From positions 2,144,001-2,208,000 of the forward strand of contig CM000151.3 in assembly GCA_000004695.1 (NCBI GenBank): 64,000 nt of DNA. The letters are read 5' to 3'. How positions within the stretch are numbered: position 1 is the first letter of the stretch; the number at the start of each line of letters is the position of its first letter. The position numbers were made by a program, and so were the translations under genes. Source of the DNA: Dictyostelium discoideum. Lineage: Eukaryota. The notes under the pieces were generated by a model. The model was not told the DNA's origin, did no database searches, and was given only the letters and a program-made list of their open reading frames with translations. Below, in pieces: positions 1 to 15,392 of this stretch.

Positions 1-127
1 ATATGAATTTCTAATTTTAAGATTTATTTTTTTATTTTTATAAATTAAATAAAATTAAAAAATGTTAAGAAATATTATTTATTAAATTTTAATTTTTTTT
101 CTTTTTTTTCTTTCATTTTTTTAATAC

Positions 128-355
128 CTATTTAATTCTCCTTTTATTATTATTATTTTTATTATTATTACTAAAATTGAAAGTTCCATAATAATTATCT
201 AAAACTGTACCATATGGACCTGTATTACCAATACCAATACTTGGTGAATAAAAACTAGTTGGTTGAACATCGACTTGATTAAATGCAATTGTCAAATTAT
301 CAATTTCATCCCATGCTAATGTGACACTATATTTTTTTTTTTATATAGTCGGTGA

Positions 356-395
<40 letters not shown>

Positions 396-1019
396 CTTAC
401 TGTGGTTGAAATTGATCAAAAACGTTTGGAGAACCATATTTTTTAATCATTGCAATTTTTTCATCTCTTAATGGTTCTGGTAATGAATAAACCCAATCTG
501 GGATAGTTTGATTTGGTGTGATATATTGAAAAGTATTATTTACAACCAAATCTGATAAATATTGTAAACATTGATTATTTTGTACTAACCACATACCATA
601 TTGTGCTGAAATATCAATTGTTGTCATTTGAACTAAACAATTTTTACCTGCTTGATTTAGTAATGGGAAGATTTGTGAAATTCTAAAATTTATTATTATT
701 ATTTTAAAATTAGTTTTTTTTTTTTAAAAAAAAAAAATTATTATTAATTATTATTTTTATTTTTATTTTTATTATATTACCCATTTTGAACTAATGGTAT
801 TTGTTCTTGAACGAAATCAGTTAAATATAATGTAATATGTGGAATTGATTTTGAACCAAGGAAAACTTGATCATTTGGAGCATATTTATGTAACAAATTA
901 TTATAATCAATTGCAACCTCATTAGTTGTTGGATCTAAATTGATATGAATATCCAATTCAACTGATGAAACAATTGCAACCAAACAAATAACAAAAAAAG
1001 CAATCAATTTGTGTGACAT
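128..1019 (-). CDS. Secreted 2H-phosphoesterase-like protein, 3 exons (781..1019, 401..682, 128..326)
   Basis: ATG at 1019 starts a signal peptide (MSHKLIAFFVICLVAIVSSV). Donor gtaata after ...LVQNG, acceptor ttttag at 683-688. Donor gtaagt at 395-400, acceptor atatag at 327-332. Stop tag at 128-130. The joined protein (~239 aa) has two H-x-T-x motifs (HITLYL and HVTLAW) in the spacing typical of the 2H phosphoesterase (LigT/CPDase) superfamily. Confidence 0.5.
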
Positions 1020-1073
1020 TTTTCAGTTTTAAAAAATAAAAAAAATAAAAATTAAAAAAAATCCTTTTAATTT

Positions 1074-1104
<31 letters not shown>

Positions 1105-1570
1105 TTTTTTAAAAAAAAAAAGATTTATTTTTATTTTTAATATGAAATTTTGTGTATAAAAATAGAACCCTCAAAAATACACAAAATGATATCAAATTTA
1201 AAAAAATTAATTTTTGGTTTTTTTTTTTTTTTTTTTTTAGCAAACACAAAAAAAAAAAAAAAAATTTGATTAAATAAAGAAAGGCAATAGAAATTTCCAT
1301 TTGAAGCTGCACTAAGAAAATTTTATTTTGACGGTTTTAAAAATTTTATTTTAGAAGCTTTAAAACAAAAAAAAAAACCAAAAAAGAATATAGGATTTGG
1401 ATTCGATCACTTTCTTAAAATAATCTCAAAATAACTAATTAACTTTGTTTTTGGTCAAAAATAAAAAGATTCTCTTTGTATCTTTTTAACTGTAAGGTCA
1501 CATTTCTTTTTTTCGCAAAAAAATAAGATATTTTAATTTTTAAAAAAAATCCAGACATTTTATAATTTTT

Positions 1571-1617
<47 letters not shown>

Positions 1618-1732
1618 GCCGTCTATTTTTCGTAGACTGTAATTATTTATTTTTTTTTTTTTTTATTATTATTATTAATATTATTAATATTATTATTTGG
1701 TTTTTATTTTTTATTTTTTATTTTAAAAATAA

Positions 1733-1764
<32 letters not shown>

Positions 1765-1767
<3 letters not shown>

Positions 1768-2141
1768 AAAATAAATAATATTATAATTTTATTGATCATA
1801 GTATCAATATTTTTATTAAACTCAAAGGTTGATAGTAAATCATTACCACCAAGTTATAATAGAAATAATTTAAAATTACCAAATGAAAAAGATGTTCAAG
1901 ATATTTACAATAGATATAATCTTTTAAATACCGAACACTTTAGTTTAAAACAAAATCCATTTAAAAAAACAAATTTAAATGAAAACTTAAATACAAAATT
2001 ACAAACCTCCTATCCAGTTTCTTCAAATTGTTCAAATGCAATGAGTAATTTATTAAACCCAAATAATCCAGATTTTATGATGTGTAAGTTTTTATTATTT
2101 AAAAAAATAAAAATAAAAATAAAACAAATAATTGATATTAA

Positions 2142-2180
<39 letters not shown>

Positions 2181-4199
2181 GTATTTTATAGTGGTGTTAG
2201 TATAAATGAATTAGGTAATTTTGATTCATGTATTAGTTATGCATCAAATGTTTCACAGTATTGTTTATTTAATACTCAAATTGAAGAGATATTACCAATT
2301 TATATTGGTGTATGTTATCCAAGTGCAATTTATTGTTCACCAGAAGATGTATTGGGTTTAATGACACAATATTCGATTTTAATGCTTTTACAAGCAAATA
2401 TGACATTCAATGCAACAGAGGATTTACATTGTTACAATAGTACCTATCAAACAGTAAACATAGAAGCAACAGCAGGTACATGGGCAATGACGGCAGTTTG
2501 TGCTTTCATCGCTTTGAATATCATAATTGGTACTGTCATTGAATATATATTTGTCATTCAATTATCAAACTATAGAAAGAGATATGGTAACTTAATGAAT
2601 CATCCATATTCATTATTAAATCCAAAGAGTTATTTCGAACCAAATTCAACCAATTTACAAGGTGATAATCAATATAGTTATATTACAAATCAAAATGAAA
2701 ATGAATCAAGTGGTGGTGGTGGTGGTGGTGGTGCTACTACTGCAAGTGGTGGTGGTGGTACAATTGAAAATCTTGGTAATAGTGGTATAAATAATGATTT
2801 TGAACCACAATTTTATGATGGATTTTTTGAAAGAATATCAAATGTTAATGTTGAATCCAATTTATTTATAAAGTATTTCACATGTTGGTCATTAATAAAG
2901 AATTTCAATTCATTAGCCTATGGAAAGAGTGAAAAACGTTATTTCAATTCATTGGATGGTATTAGAACTTTATCAACATGTTGGGTTATTTTAGGTCATT
3001 CATTACTATTTGGTGCATCAGGATATGGTTATGATAATTTAGCATACGTAGCAAGTGGAACTACATTACAAACCTTTGCAGCTCAAGCCATTTTCGGTGG
3101 TGAATTTGCTGTTGATACATTCTTTATGTTAAGTGGTTTCTTGGTTTCTTTCTCTGTATTGAATCAGTTAAGTAAACGTAATAGTATCTATGGGTCAATT
3201 AAATTTTGGGTTGCTTATGTAGTTCATAGATTCGTTAGATTAAGTCCGTTATATTACTTTATGATATTCTTTTCAATGTGGGTTGCACCAATGATTGGCA
3301 GTGGTCCAATTTTCTATCAATATAGTCAATTCACAAATTTGGGTTGTTCAAGTAGTTGGTGGACAAACTTTTTATACTTTAATAATCTTTACTCGACATT
3401 GGCCACCGAATGTTATGCTGTATCTTGGTATTTAGCAAATGATATGCAATTCTTTTTGTTGACACCTTTTATTTTGATACTATTCAGAAAATGGAAATTG
3501 GGTGGTTGGTTATTAACTTTATCACTTATTTTCGCTTCAGTCATTGGTACCACAATCGTCGCCTACAAATACCAATTGGAAACCTTCTTTGATATTTTCT
3601 CAGTAGCCGATGAAACCAATACCAATCCTTTCATAACAGATATCTATCAAAAACCATGGAATAGAATTGGTCCTTATTTAGTTGGTGTTTTGGTTTCTTT
3701 TATTTATACTGCACCAAGATTATCAAAAAGAGTTAGATTTATCTATTATCGTAGAATTACACGTTATATCTTATATTGTATCGCATTCTTTGTAACATTT
3801 TTCCTAGTTTATTGTCCATACACTTTTTATCAAAATGCTTGGAATTATTCTCAAAAGGCAGTGTTCTCTGGTTTCGGTCATACAAGTTTTGTTGTGGGTC
3901 TTGCTATCTTTATGATTGGTACTTTCTTTGGTTATGGTGGTATCGTTAAATGGTTCTTGGAATTGGGTATTTTCAAATTCTTTTCAAAGTTAACCTATTC
4001 AAGTTATCTTGTTCATCCATTGGTAATCATGTTTAGAATCTATTCAATGACAAATTTCTTACATTATTCTGTAACTGAATTCATTGTTTATTATGCTGGA
4101 AATATTGCAACCACTTTTGCTGCTGCTTTTGTAATTCATCTTTTAATTGAAAAGCCATTTGTCAATTTAGAAAGATTAATTTTCTCAAGTTCAAGTTAA
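1765..4199 (+). CDS. Acyltransferase-3 family membrane protein with N-terminal NRF (nose-resistant-to-fluoxetine) domain; exons 1765..2083 and 2182..4199
   Basis: Signal peptide MKINNIIILLIIVSIFLL. Donor gtaagt at 2084 and acceptor ...aatag at 2179-2181 join in frame with the 615-aa ORF. The Cys-rich N-terminal NRF-like segment (CSNAMSNL...CISYASN...CYPSAIYC) is followed by about 10 predicted TM helices typical of Acyl_transf_3. Confidence 0.75.
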
Positions 4200-4456
4200 A
4201 ATAAAAATAAAAATAAAATGAAAATGAATATATGAATTCATGGAAATAAAAAAAAAAAAAAAAAAAAAACAAAAATAAAAATAAAAATAAACTAATAAAA
4301 TATATTATTTTTTTTTATTTATCTTATAAAAAAAAAAAATTCAATTTAAAAAGTTTTTTTGATTATTTTTTTAAAAATACTAGTAAAATATCATATTATT
4401 TCTAAACTAAATTTTCCATTTTTTTTTTTTTTTTTTTTTTTTTTATTTTGCGAATT

Positions 4457-4494
<38 letters not shown>

Positions 4495-4503
4495 TATTAA
4501 CTA

Positions 4504-6108
4504 ATGAATTTTAAAAGGTTGATTACAACATCTTTTACAAATCAAATAAAAAATATGAAATTTAAAAAAACAATTAGTTTTAAACCATTTGATATTAATA
4601 ATCGAATTATTTATGATAAAGAACCTACAATAGTTTTTAAAGATCAAAAATCATGTTTGTTAAAAGATACAATTTCAACAACACTTGAAGATGGTAGTAA
4701 GGAATTAAAAATAAAAATTGGGAGATTTACACCAGGTTTAGATTCAAATAATAATTATATTTCATCAGATATCTTTGAAATTAATATTAACAATTATTCA
4801 AATAAAATTGATTTATGTTTGGTAAGTTTAAAATTTTATATATACATATATTTTATTTAAACAAATAAACAAACAATTTAGCAATACAATTATTGTTAAC
4901 AATCAAAACAATCAAAAAAAAATTACAATCAAATAATAAACAAAACATTAAAAAAACAATATATAACAAATCCATCCAAACAATCTATCAAGTAAATATT
5001 GTTTATTTTTTTTTTTTTTTTAGTTTACACTTTTGATTTGTTTTTTTTTGTTTGGTTGGTTATTCATCTTTTTTATTAAAGATTATTAATAAATTTTATA
5101 TTAGAATGGTAAAAATCCAACATTTTTAAGAAGAAAAGGAAAAATACCGACTAAAGTTAAAAATTGGGAACAATTATTAGGAGAACAATTGGAAATTAGA
5201 AAATCAGTCACTTTGGAAGATGGTGATATAATATCTTTTTTAGGTTTAAATGGTACAACTTCTTCAATACAATTTACAATTGAAGAAGATAATGAAAATG
5301 AAAAAGAAAAAGAAAAAGAAATGGAACTTGATAACGATAATACAAATACAGAATCAATTCCACCAATAACATCAAAATCAACATCAACATCAACATCACT
5401 TATAGATACAAATAAAATTCAATTGAAAAAACATTTTGAAGATCCAAATTCAAAGAATGTAGGTCTTTCAGCATTAGTTTATTTTTGTAATAAACCAGAA
5501 TCATTTCTAGATGTTGTTTTATATTATGATGATAAAACAGTTGCGGTACTTGATAAATATCCAAAAGCAAAACATCATTATTTAGTAATACCAAGAGTTG
5601 AAATCAATACATTGGATGAATTAACACCTTCTTTCATTCCAATGTTAGAACATATGTATAATGTTGCTGATGCAATTATAAATGAAATAATTTCAAAAGA
5701 TAATGATGACGATAATTTAAAAAAATCAGATTTCAAATTAGGTTTTCATGCAATACCATCAATGAAAAGACTTCATCTTCATATTATCTCAAATGACTAT
5801 AATACTAAATATTTAAAAAATAATAAACACTGGAATTCTTTTACTACTGAATTTTATATTCCTTTTGATAAAATCTTAAATGAATTAAAATCAAATGGTA
5901 AAGTTAAAGTAAGTATAAAAAAAAAAATAAAAAAAAATAAAAAAAAACTAATTCACTAAACAAATTATTATTTTAGATTGATCAAGTAAAATATAATTCA
6001 ATATTAAGTCAAATAAAAAAATGTCCAATTTGTAAAGAAGAAAATAAAAATTTAGAAAATTTAAAAGACCATTATAAAAAATGTTTAGAAAAATTTAAAT
6101 CTAAATAA
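4504..6108 (+). CDS. aptx: Aprataxin homolog (FHA domain - HIT domain - C2H2 zinc finger); exons 4504..4821, 5105..5908, 5977..6108
   Basis: The N-terminal FHA-like region continues across intron 1 (donor gtaagt at 4822, acceptor tattag at 5099-5104). The HIT core includes HHYLVIPRV and the histidine triad HLHIIS. Intron 2 runs from donor gtaagt at 5909 to acceptor ttttag at 5971-5976. The last exon encodes CPICKEE...HYKKC (zinc finger) and ends taa at 6106-6108. Confidence 0.75.
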
Positions 6109-6156
6109 ATAAATAAAAAATATAGATTTTATATACAAAAAAATTTAAATTTATTT

Positions 6157-7857
<1,701 letters not shown>

Positions 7858-8138
7858 TGTTGCTTTAAATTTGTGAAAAAATTAAAATATTAAAAATTTT
7901 TTTTTTATTATTGGCTGTTAATAAAAAAAAAAAGAAAAAAAAAAGAAAAAAATAAAAAAAATTAAAATAAAAAAAAAAAAATAAAATAAAAAAAAAAATA
8001 AAAAAAAAAATAAAAAGAAAAAAAAAAGAAAAAAATAAAAAAAATTAAAATAAAAAAAAAAATTAAAATAAATTCACAAATTTGGGTCGCCAAGTATAAA
8101 AAAAAAAATAAAAAAAAATAAATAAAAAATAAAAAAAA

Positions 8139-8262
8139 ACTAATTCACTAAACAAATTATTATTTTAGATTGATCAAGTAAAATATAATTCAATATTAAG
8201 TCAAATAAAAAAATGTCCAATTTGTAAAGAAGAAAATAAAAATTTAAATCCAAATAAATAAA
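8139..8262 (+). pseudogene. Relic copy of aprataxin intron-2 3' end plus exon 3 (zinc-finger exon), with an internal ~45-bp deletion
   Basis: This segment is near-identical to 5944..6010. It then reads ...KCPICKEENKNLNPNK* in place of ...ENKNLENLKDHYKKCLEKFKSK*. No upstream aprataxin exons accompany it. Confidence 0.55.
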
Positions 8263-8301
8263 AAATATGGATTTTATATACAAAAAAATTTAAATTTATT
8301 T

Positions 8302-9897
8302 TTATTTTTTATAATCCAATAAAATTACTGGATTGAAATTTTCAGTTTCATAATTGAAAACAAATTTAACTAATTTTAAACTATTTAGATGTTGCTTATT
8401 TTTATCGATTAATGATTGATACGGTTGAATCATATCGGGTCTACCATTAACTTCAACTATACTGACAGAAAAATCAGTGATAGTTTTATTTTGTTCTAAA
8501 ATTCTCTCTATTAATTGTGGACAGTTAATACCTGTACCAAATGATTCCATTGATGTGCTTGATGAAATTAGTGATGAAAATCTTTCAATAAATGTTTTTG
8601 ATGGTGATTGTTTACATAGTAGTATTTGAGATGCATAACATTCATGAAAGAATTCTAAACTTTTTAGGGTTTTATTATTTTTCAAGGCTTCTTTTAAGAG
8701 TCCAATTTTATTGAATTCCTCATTCACTTCCATTGAATTTGAAGGATTCTTATTTCACTTATCACAATTACATTTTTTAATTTTTGATTTCTTTCTTTCA
8801 GTTTTTGTCGATAAATAATATATTAAATTATTAAAACAAATACTAATTACAAGCTGACTTACTTTCTTTGAATAATTTAAAATTAATTCTAAATCTTTTA
8901 ATGAAACTTCCATTGAAAATATTTTTAAAAATTCTATATTTTCTAAATAATTAATTTTTTCATTATATTTCTTATTTTCTTCATTATTATTATTATTAAA
9001 AGGTATAATACCAGCTAATATTGGAAATAATTGCATTTTATCTTGTTGAGAAGTATATTTTATAATGAATAATTGAGCAATTGAATTTTTATATTGTTTA
9101 AATGATTCGATAATGAGTTCATTATCAAAACATGAATTAATTTTCAAAGTAAATACCTTTTTAACATGTTTTTTTATTTTATTTAAAGATTTAAATGTAA
9201 AAATTGGATTTAAATCTAATTCTAATAGATGAATATTACCATCAGTCGCTTCACATCGATAAAGTGATTGTAAAATATCAGTATCTTCAGTCTCGTTTGA
9301 TGATGATATATTTCTTAATATTAAGTTTTTAAATATAATTGTTTGTTGTTGTTGTTGTTGTTTTTGATTTTCTAATAATGATAAAGTTGATGGTATGGTT
9401 GTTTTTAATTTTGATAATTTTTCTAATTCTTTATTAACTATATCCAATTCTATTATTTTTTCATCAGATTTATCGTCATCAAAAATATCATTATCTTTTG
9501 GTGATTGTTTTTTATCTTTTTCATAAATACTAATATCTTTAATATAAAAGAATGAACCTTGATGATCGAAATGTAATTTCAATGTTTTTAAATTCTCTTT
9601 TTTAATTATTGAATATTTTAAATCAATGTCATTTTTATTATTATTATTATTATTATTATTTTTATTATGATTTAAATTTGTATAATTAAAATCAACTGAT
9701 ACAGTTAAATTATTTGATAAAGTTTTAAACCAATCTTGAGATACTAATGCCAATGTTAACATTAATCTTTTAATTTGACTTTCATTCCCTCTATAGTCAC
9801 CACCAACATAATCAATTGATTTATTATTTTTATCTATATATCTACATAAAATTTTAATTATATATTTTTGAATATATAATGGTAATAACACAACCAT
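8302..9897 (-). pseudogene. Decayed tandem paralog of the F-box-like gene (split into ORFs 8755..9897 and 8302..8733 by indels; poly-N tracts short)
   Basis: The protein is about 90% identical to the 6157..7857 product. The reading frame breaks near 8740-8760, where ...KKCNCDK* replaces the copy-A sequence ...KKCNCDSLIRNPSNSMEVNEEF. Further indels turn KNWDSLKEAL into KIGLLKEAL and LRLSGQCQASQILCEQ into LEFFHECYASQILLCKQ. Poly-N runs are 8 and 5 residues here, versus 36 and 31 in copy A. Confidence 0.55.
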
Positions 9898-10359
9898 TGT
9901 TGCTTTAAATTTGTAAAAAAATTAAAATATTAAAATTTTTTTTTTTATTATTGGCTGTTAATAAAAAAAAAAAAGAAAAAAAAAAAGAAAAAAATAAAAC
10001 AAATTAAAATAAAATGAAAAATAAAAAAAAAAAAAAAAAAAAATTAAATAAAAAAAAAAAAAAAAAAAATAAATTGTTATGTTTTTCTTAAAATTTTAAA
10101 TATCATGGGGTTTGAAAATAGATTTTTTAAAATTCCAGATTTAAAAAAACTTAATTTGAAATAGAAAAAATAAGGTGGATGGATGTAAAAAGTTCAGAAT
10201 TAAAGTGGAAAAGTAAGTTCTAAACGTTTTTATTTACTGGTCGCAGCCCCCCTTTATAAAAAAAAAAAAAATACAAACATGTACAATTTTTTTTTTTTTT
10301 TTTTTTTTAATAAACTAAAAAAAATGAAAAAAATAATTATTTTATGTTTATTATATTTT

Positions 10360-13300
10360 TTAATTTGAAGGAATATTAAAAGTTATAGTATTTGTATCAT
10401 CTTTAGTTAAAACCAATGAATTTTGATTTGACCAAAATAATTTAATATTTTCAATTTTTGGTATTGTTGGTTGAGAATTATTAATTATAGATTGTTGTTG
10501 TTTTAAGTTATTATTATTATTTTGATTTTGATTTAAAGGTTGAGTTGGTGGTGAATTAAAACCAAGAGAAGTTTGTTTTTCAGAAGCGGTTGAAACTGTA
10601 CGAACACAAGTGAATTGACTTGAATTAATTAAACCAAAAAATGTTGAACTTGCTTGCCAAATTTTAATTTCATTTGAGAGTGAACAATAGCAAGCCAACA
10701 TCTTACCACTTTCATTAAAGGTGACAGCAGAGACAAATGAATTTTTAAATGATTCGAAACGATGCCATCTAGTAGCAGTTTTCAAATCATAGATTACGAC
10801 TAAACCATCCAAAGTACCTAATACCAAACGTTGAGTATCATGATGAAAACTAACCATTGGATATTTATTGACCATTAAATGTAAGACAGCAGTGGTTTGA
10901 CGTATACAAGCCTCACGTAAAACTGGTGTATGAGGATCTAAGCTTTTGATGATTGAATCGATAACACGTGGTAGGAAAGGTAAAACTGAATCGGGATCTT
11001 TCTTTATCAAAGACCCAATGAGTACAATACCATGAACTCTACAAGTGGTACTAGTATTTTCACTTGATATTTCATCGCCAATTACTTGAATAAAAGTTTT
11101 AGGATCTACGGAACCAATTAAAAGCAATGAAGTTTTTGAGGTTGTAGCCAATGGATCCGATTGCATTGTAAGTGTGAATAAACATTTCAATAGACCTGGT
11201 AAATCTTTAATTGAGTCTTTCCAAATGGAGAATCCTTTACCAATCAATTCCACCGCTATAATCGTTAAATTACCTGTACCTTTATAGATCATCTTTTGAA
11301 GTTCAATACCAACACGTGAAGAGAAGGCATTGTTAAAATCTGAATTTGGTCTATTGGATGCAATGATTGCCAAAACAATGATTGAACGTGCTCTTTCAAA
11401 TGGACCCAAACAATCGGCATTCAATACACTACAGAATGAATTTACCAACTGTTTGAATGCAGTATTTGGCATACGTTCAATTGAAATCTTAAATATTGAA
11501 CGAGCACTAATCATAACATCTTCATTACCATCTTGACAATAAGTTGCTAAATAAGAGAAATCTGGATAAACATACCCTTGTAGGGTCTCTGGTAATGTTG
11601 TACAATAGTATGTCGTTAACTGGCTGACGGTATTCTCCATACCACCAATTCTAAGTATAGTTCTACCCAATGCTACCGCTGATAAAGTTGTTTGAGCTGT
11701 TAAAGTTTCTGAACATTGTAATTTACCTGTTGAAAATGATACACTTGGTGTAAGGAAACTCATATTACCACCATGACCTAATAAACCAAATGAAAAATCT
11801 GGTTGTGGTGGTCTTAATTGAAAATCTTTCATATATAATATATCTAATGCTTTATCCATACCCCATGGTATTAAATATGAAAATATTGATACTAATTGAT
11901 TTAAATCTTTTTGAATTATTGATGATCCAATATTTTGTTGTTGTTGTTGTTGTACTTGTTGTTGTTGTTGTTGTTGTGATTGTGATTGTGGTTGTTGTTG
12001 TTGTTGTTGTTGTGATTGTTGTTGTTGTTGTTGTTGTTTTTGTTGAGTTATTAATAAAATATCTTCAGAAATTGATTTTATATTTAAAAATAAAGTTTGA
12101 ATTGGTGGATCATTTTTATGAGTATAAACTAAAGATTTAGTTGGAAAATGTTGACCTGAATGAATTTTACTTTCTTGTTGTTTCCAATTATTCGAGAGTA
12201 ATTCTGAATTATCCAAGATATCCTTAGCGATTTGACCATATACTACACCTTCAAGTTCTCCACTTCCCATCTCCCAAATTGAAACTGAACCATCGATAGT
12301 TTCAACCATTAGATAACCTTGTTCATTCTTCCAATGTACCTTGGATATTGATGAAGAGTGAACACCAAACATGTGTTTACATGATAGATCCTCCATAGAG
12401 TACATACCGATTGTTTTATCTTCAGAGATGGATATGAAGGTATTTCTTCTTGACGATTGTGGTAACGAGAATATTGAATACACGGGACCTGTATGATGAG
12501 AGAAAGTGTGTAACAATTTGAATGTACTTAAATCCCAAACTTTAATTGTGCAATCATTGGATGCAGAGAATAACAATCGTCTTAGACCAGTGCCAGGTGG
12601 TGAACTCATCAAATAGTTTACCCTACTATTATGAGAGTTGTTATAAAATTTCGTAAATAAATCGGTGGGTAATTTACTGGTACTAATACTGCCATCCTCG
12701 TAACCACGTATCAACATCATCGTATCATCCAATAAAAGTGAGGCTGTAACACGTTGTTGTCTTGCTTTGCCACCTTTACCACTCTGTTCAACACTCTTCC
12801 AACCATCAGATATTGATCCTTGTAAATTTGGTTCTCTTAATATTCTCTTACCACTAGTTGTTGCTGTCTGATTAGTTGGATTTAACAATTGTTCACTATT
12901 AACTGGTATTACCCAAATTCTAATATGACCATAAACATCACCAATCATAAATATATTACCAAAACACATTGCTGCTCCAATTTTTAATAATGGTGTTTGT
13001 TGACTATTATTATTATCATTTGAAGTAAAAGTTATTAACAATTGTGGTGGTGGTATACCTGATTGATAAGTGAAATTAATTATTGAATAATCTGGTTGAC
13101 CAATTTTACCATTACTATTATTATTATTATTATTGCTATTGCTATTATTAATATTAAAAGAACTATTATTTAAATTTGAAGAGGAGGATAGAGATGAACC
13201 ATATGATCTTGATAATAATGGTGAGGTACCTTCAATTGGTACAGGGTCACCTAAAGGGAAAGATTTTAAATCGGTTTGATCGATACGATAAAGGAAACCT

Positions 13301-14488
13301 CTGCCTTCTTTATTCCAAATTAAAACCATACTATTATCAATGAACGAACCACCAAACCAACCACCACTAGTTGGCAAACCTGCTTGTTTCTCTTGAATGG
13401 TTGTACAAGGACAACGAATTGAATAGAGTAATCTTGAATTTTGGGTGGTGAAAATGGACCAATTGTTCTTTGTCACAACCAATAACGATTTACCATTGGG
13501 TGAGAATTTAATTGAGATGGGTGCGTCATCCAATGTGTAACTACCATCGACACCACTACCTCCACCATTAACATTTCTAGAATCTATAACTTGCAATGCC
13601 ATATCTTGATCACCGGGTTTGAGTAACCAAAATCTAATAATACCATCCAACCCACCCGATAATAGCATCGAGGTCGAATCTTGCATCGTACAAGAGAATA
13701 AACTTGTCACCCAATCCATGTGATCATTGATCGTACTTACGATTCGCAATGAATGAATATCGACAATATATATATAGTTTGAACCTTTACCACATACAGC
13801 TACCTGTTTCCTATTGGGTAATGATACCATCTGTGTTGGTGAACATGATAGAAAATGTGATACTGTCGACAATAAACATAATCCATCCATTATACTCCAC
13901 ACTGACATACTACCATCTGATGCTGCACTAATAACAACTTCCTTTCTTTCAAATTCTCCTAATGCTAAACATGTAATTGGATTCTCATGTCCAATACCTA
14001 AAATTTTCGGTGTAAATTGATTTTCTTTTCCCTTTATATATATATACATATAAAAATAAATAAAAAATATTAATATTATTTATTTTATAAAATATATAAA
14101 TATTTTTTTTTTTTTTTTTTTTTTTACTTACTTGATCTAATGAAATTGAAGTTATTGCAATGTGACCAGATTGTGAACCTGATATGATTGTTTTTTTATC
14201 TGGAGTAATGATGATTGATGTTATCCAATGTGATGGTGAACCACACCAAAGAACAACTGGTACCAGTATTTCTGTACCTTTATTTAATATATAATTACTA
14301 CTATTATTACCATTAACTGATTGTAAACTATTGGATAGTAATGCATTGCTACCATTCATTCCACTACTACTACTACCACCACTCACTGATAATGGTGATG
14401 GTCCATTTGAATATGTTCCATTACTATTATTATATACTCCACTACCATTTAATACTGACCCACTACTTGAGTTTAAATTAAAACTCAT
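10360..14488 (-). CDS. WD40-repeat protein, WDR7/rabconnectin-3beta-like (~1343 aa); exons 14132..14488 and 10360..14031
   Basis: Exon 1 ends ...SISLDQ with donor gtaagt (plus 14126-14131). The acceptor aaag (plus 14032-14033) joins in frame to the 1229-aa ORF. The N-terminus ILVPVVLWCGSPSHWITSIIITPDKKTIISGSQSGHIAI resembles the WDR7 N-terminal beta-propeller start. Multiple WD-like blades are present. An internal poly-Q is encoded by (CAA)n, seen as ttg repeats on the plus strand at ~11935-12050. Confidence 0.65.
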
Positions 14489-14653
14489 CCTTTATAAATA
14501 AATATATAATCTTTAACTTTTTGAAAGTGAATATTTATTTTTCACCTTTTTTTTTTTTTTTTATTAAAAAAAAAAAAATAAATAAATAAAAAAAAAAAAA
14601 CCAAAAAAAAAAAAAAATAAAAATCTTTACACTGGTCACAAATTAAAATTAAA

Positions 14654-14686
<33 letters not shown>

Positions 14687-14817
14687 AAAATTTTAAAAAA
14701 TAAAAAAACAATAAAAAAAAAAATTTTCGTTATCTTAAAATAGGAGTGTTTTCCTAAAATTAAAATCATTTCTTTAAATTAAAATCAATTTCTAAAATAG
14801 ATTAATAATATTATTGA

Positions 14818-14912
14818 CCCCAAATTTCTACCACAAAAACCATTAAACCTATCAAAACCATTCCAATCACCCAATTTCCACACCACCAAAACATACAACT
14901 AGTTGTATGTAT
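14818..14912. promoter_or_regulatory. C/A-rich element block plus a perfect 20-bp palindrome in the divergent intergenic region between the WDR7-like gene (-) and the secreted-protein gene (+)
   Basis: The stretch ccacaaaaaccattaaacctatcaaaaccattccaatcacccaatttccacaccaccaaaac (14826-14890) is unusually C-rich for this genome. It is followed directly by acatacaactagttgtatgt (14891-14910), a perfect palindrome. Confidence 0.3.
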
Positions 14913-15392
14913 TATTATTAATTTAAAACAACACCAAAGTTCAACTTTTTTTTATTTTTTTATTTTTTTTTATTTTTTTTTATTTTTTATATCGAAATAT
15001 ATATAATTATTTAAATTTAATATCAATTTTTTAAATGATTCCAAACCATAAAAAATATTTAGCAAACAAAGAATGTTTATTTGAAAAAAAAATTTTTTGG
15101 AATATCATATTTTTGAAGAGAATAAAAAAAACCTTCTGTGTCGATTAAAAAAAAAAAAAAAAAAATTGAAAACCTTCCATGTCATAACCTTGGGTTGGAA
15201 AAAAAAAAATCTTTTTTTTTTTTTTTTGATGATGTGGAAGGTTTTTTTAAAAAATCTTTTTTTTTTTTTTTTTAAAAATAGAATTGGTTTTTGTTTTTGT
15301 TTTTTTTTTTTTTATTAATAGAATTTATTTTGTTTTTTATTTTTTATTTTTTATTTTTTTTTTTTTTTGATAACATTAATAATAAATAAACA

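Noticed and set aside
1109-1312. Short ORFs made of poly-K/poly-F (1109..1312, 14542..14769, 15097..15318, 40056..40365, 42925..43350, 43675..43938, 46062..46283, 46521..46706, 49391..49615, 57408..57674).
   Set aside because: They are translations of homopolymer A/T intergenic tracts, with no complexity and no conserved residues.
1370-1500. tRNA-like or small-RNA GC-rich islands (for example 1395 ggattcgatcac, 10230 tggtcgcagcccccc, 27570 gaggtgactaaccgagcagcgccacatag, 63000-63100).
   Set aside because: None shows the tRNA T-loop (GGTTCGAATCC), D-loop spacing or acceptor-stem complementarity. None matches the Dictyostelium class-I RNA motif (CCTTACAGCAA) as far as I can see. They are left as promoter or UTR sequence.
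5400-5594. Antisense ORFs inside confirmed genes (5400..5594, 13749..14020, 18998..19665, 24208..24399, 25184..25752, 30334..30555, 32974..33225, 36562..37033, 61814..62032).
   Set aside because: They lie opposite well-supported coding exons. They have no homology signal and are typical chance ORFs.
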